Below, piece by piece: positions 60,997 to 64,000 of a DNA stretch of 64,000 nucleotides. Position 1 is the stretch's first letter. Each line of letters opens with the position of its first letter. The stretch spans positions 5,220,791 to 5,284,790 of the forward strand of contig CM082596.2 of NCBI GenBank assembly GCA_040954595.2, read 5' to 3'. The translations under genes and the position numbers were made by a program. This DNA comes from Balanoglossus misakiensis (Eukaryota; Animalia; Hemichordata). A model generated the notes under the pieces. It saw only the letters and a list, made by a program, of their open reading frames with translations, was not told the origin of the DNA and searched no databases.

Positions 60997-63252
60997 ATGG
61001 AAAAGTCTGAGCAGAACGATCAACTTGTCCAGCATGCCGGCCAGGTGCTTTCATCGATGGACCGACTCCGACAAGACCGAGTTCTGACCGACTTGACCAT
61101 CCACGCCGATCACGGCCAGATCCATTGCCACAAGGTCCTACTGAAGATCTGTGGTCTTGACTTCTCCGAGTTGTGTTGCCAGGAAGAGTCAGTCACCACC
61201 AGACGGAAAGGCGGGCAGCAGACCGCGGTGAGAGTCGAGAACTTCACGGCGAGCGTCATCGAGGACCTGGTCGACTTCTGCTACACGGGGAAACTGACGA
61301 TCACCACGGAGAACGTCAAGCAGGTGCTGCAGGCGGCGACGCTGGGGAAACTGACTTTTCTCACCGAGGAGTGTTTGAAGTTCCTGGAACTGCGGCTGGA
61401 GCTGGACGATGACTTCCACGGCGGCCACGGGCAGCCGGACAAGGTCACCGTGCGCCGGCCCGCCCACGGGCTCCACGTGCTGACCGAGTTCCAGATCATG
61501 AAGAGCCGCTCGGAGAACACCGACGTCTCCCTGACGTGCCAGGAGGACGAGTTCTCCTGCCACAGCCTCATCCTGGCCGCCTGCAGCGACTACTTCAAGG
61601 CCATGTTCACCCACAACTTCACCGAGCAGAAGGCCCGGAAGATCGATCTGGTGGAGCCGGCCGACATCGTCGAGGATCTCGTGGCGTTCATGTACACGTC
61701 CAACCTTGACATTGAAGACGAGGGGATCCTCGACTTCCTTGCCAGCGCGGCGTACTTCCAAGTGTGTTTCCCCCCCGCGACCATCAGCAGTATCAAAGGC
61801 ATCGTCAGTACGGACAACTGCTTTAAGATATTGGAGATCTCCAACGTCTTCAGCGCCACGCTCCGAGACTTCGTACTGCAGTTTGTCCTCAAGAACTTCC
61901 CCAAGTTGGCCGATAACGAGGATTTCCTCAATATGCCGCTGCCCGTCGTCAGCCAGATTCTCTCTGACGACAAACTGAACGTGCTGGCCGAGGAGATCGT
62001 CTTCGAGGCCGCTTCCAATTGGTTGAACTACGACCACGACACGCGCTGGGGCTACCTCGACGAGCTGATGGAGTGCGTGCGCTTTCCGCTCCTCCACGAG
62101 TCCTTCCTCCGGGACATCATGGAGCAGCAGTCGTTCATCCTGAAGTCCGGGATGCTGAGGGAGAAGCTGGAGGTGGCCATCAAGACCAAGCAGGTGATTT
62201 CGTCGGTCAGCGAAGCTTGCAGCGAGAAGTGCCGGCCGAGGAACTCCATGAATCAGGACTTGATCTTCGTGTTGACACGGGCGCTGGACGGTTCAGCGGG
62301 GCCTCGCTGTGCGTTCCTCGGGCTCTCCGACCACGCGGTACATCACGTCAATGCGACCAGCGGCACCCTACCCCCCGGCCTGTCGCGGTTCACCATCATA
62401 GCCAAAGACACGGACATCTACGTGATCGGGGGCTGGGACACGGACCACGACGTGGCCTGCCAGTCGACGTGGAAGTACAGCGTCACCAAGAACGCGTGGA
62501 TCCGCTGCGCCGATCTCAACGTCGCGCGCTACGACGTGGCCGTCGGAATCATGGACGACTACATATACGCCATCGGCGGACAGATCGGCTCCATAGATAT
62601 CACTCACCCGGTCGCCGACGTGGAACGATACGACATCGAGAGCGATGAGTGGACGGAAGTTGAGCCGCTGCCGTCCCCGCTCAACAAGCCCGTGGTGACG
62701 GTGTATAAAGATAGACTCTTTGCCATGGACGCCGGAAGCCACTCCAAAGTGATCCGCACGCTGCTGGTCTACTACAGCTACACGGGACTGTGGGGCATGG
62801 TTCCCGCCGGCGTGGGACTGATGAACATGCGCTACATCGAGCACCTCATGACGTTGAACAACTCCATCCTCTGCTGGGGGCTGTACGACGGCGAGGGCTG
62901 CCAGCTGGCGTACAACGCTTTCCAGAAGTTCAACGCGGAGAACTTCCCGCCGAGGCGCGGCGGCCTGCTGGTGCGCCACCCTCCGTTGGTCTCCCCGCGA
63001 CTGCAGCATCCGGCGAAGTACGAACCCGTCAATCAGGTGGGACTGGCCATGAACGACGACTCGGTGTTCGTCATCAGCGACGCCCAGGCCAGGAGGGGCC
63101 GGCACTTGCTGATAGACAAGTACAACCCGCGCACGAGTGACTGGGACGAGCAGATCGAGATCAGCACACCCCTGTCCAAGGGCATCACGTCGGGGCTTCA
63201 GTGCGTGGTCTACAAAGGCTACATTGCCAAGCCGTGGAAGCATGAAAATTAA
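60997..63252 (+). CDS. Kelch-like protein with two BTB domains, BACK domain and Kelch repeats (single coding exon, 751 aa)
   Basis: BTB1 TDLTIH...CHKVLL...LVDFCYTG; BTB2 TDVSL...CHSLILAACSDYFKAMF...FMYTS; BACK EEIVFEAASNWL...VRFPLL; Kelch IYVIGG, IYAIGG, VERYD...W. Splice acceptor at 60950 just upstream of the ATG. Confidence 0.95.
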   Translation: MEKSEQNDQLVQHAGQVLSSMDRLRQDRVLTDLTIHADHGQIHCHKVLLKICGLDFSELCCQEESVTTRRKGGQQTAVRVENFTASVIEDLVDFCYTGKLTITTENVKQVLQAATLGKLTFLTEECLKFLELRLELDDDFHGGHGQPDKVTVRRPAHGLHVLTEFQIMKSRSENTDVSLTCQEDEFSCHSLILAACSDYFKAMFTHNFTEQKARKIDLVEPADIVEDLVAFMYTSNLDIEDEGILDFLASAAYFQVCFPPATISSIKGIVSTDNCFKILEISNVFSATLRDFVLQFVLKNFPKLADNEDFLNMPLPVVSQILSDDKLNVLAEEIVFEAASNWLNYDHDTRWGYLDELMECVRFPLLHESFLRDIMEQQSFILKSGMLREKLEVAIKTKQVISSVSEACSEKCRPRNSMNQDLIFVLTRALDGSAGPRCAFLGLSDHAVHHVNATSGTLPPGLSRFTIIAKDTDIYVIGGWDTDHDVACQSTWKYSVTKNAWIRCADLNVARYDVAVGIMDDYIYAIGGQIGSIDITHPVADVERYDIESDEWTEVEPLPSPLNKPVVTVYKDRLFAMDAGSHSKVIRTLLVYYSYTGLWGMVPAGVGLMNMRYIEHLMTLNNSILCWGLYDGEGCQLAYNAFQKFNAENFPPRRGGLLVRHPPLVSPRLQHPAKYEPVNQVGLAMNDDSVFVISDAQARRGRHLLIDKYNPRTSDWDEQIEISTPLSKGITSGLQCVVYKGYIAKPWKHEN

Positions 63253-64000
63253 AGCCACCGTCTCTCCCCGATTTCAGGACTGGCATTTGCTTGATCAAAA
63301 CTGCATGTAGATCCGACATCTTTCTCCTCATACATGTAAAATGGTACACTGTTCTAACCATCTACAGATAGCTTCAAAGAGTTGATTCTTATGTGTACAG
63401 CATCAGTGTATATTTAAGTGTTGCCATGGTAATATCATATATAGTAGTGTACAGATTAAAAACTGTCGGTTCTTATTTTATGAAGTGATTCCACTTCTGA
63501 AAATAATGGCTAAATTGTGAGGTTCTTTACCAAAACTAGTACTTATAGTTTCTTTGAAGTGTTTGTGTTTATGTACATAATTTTGCATGTACATAATTAG
63601 ATGTTGACTCACTGGTGGTTGAAAGAAGAGATGATCTGTACGTCTCATGAGGTCACATCAGTGTTTGTGTATACAATGATAGTGCAGTGTCCGATATTGG
63701 AATGTGACCTATGCGTACCAAAACATACCTAGTCTAGAACAAAGGACAAATTATATAGGGAAACAAATATTTTGGTAATAATGCTGACTACGTGTGAAAA
63801 ATCATAACTACTATTGCGTCATTGATACTTTACCCAGAACAGGACCATAAATACCTTATCTACGCATACCTTGCACGGTTCCGTGCATTTGTAATGTTTA
63901 CATAGTCACTGCCCATTGACGTGTCTTTTTGTTTGCAGTCCTATATCTCTCCGAGTTCCGTCTAATCTTTGTTTTTCTGTCATTTATATATCGTGGCCAT

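Noticed and set aside
61189-63258. Long antisense ORFs (302 and 296 aa) over the Kelch CDS; similar ones over TMEM26 exon 3 and BCO exon 4
   Set aside because: Shadow ORFs caused by high GC3 codon usage; no recognisable domains.

Overview
Gene-dense, intron-rich animal genomic DNA, most consistent with an invertebrate deuterostome (one TOP2 gene carrying both vertebrate alpha-like and beta-like features, vertebrate-like TMEM26 and LONP2; species not determinable). Left to right: TOP2 (minus strand, runs off the left edge); a single complete U1 snRNA gene; an EMI/EGF/Sushi/22x EGF type-I membrane receptor; a BCO2-like carotenoid oxygenase; peroxisomal Lon protease LONP2 (C-terminal SKL, one U12-type intron); TMEM26; a secreted pentraxin + C-type lectin; an uncharacterised 20-exon gene, barely visible in the ORF track, encoding ARM repeats + extended Tudor + a Schlafen/AlbA_2 domain; and a double-BTB Kelch protein. 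MITEs, microsatellites and tandem repeats lie between them. Main highlights: (1) the ARM-Tudor-Schlafen protein, a candidate germline small-RNA factor whose extended Tudor looks circularly permuted and whose nuclease motif is degenerate; (2) two alternative first coding exons of TOP2 that resemble the first exons of vertebrate TOP2A and TOP2B. All gene models were spliced by hand and domain calls come from motif recognition, not database searches.
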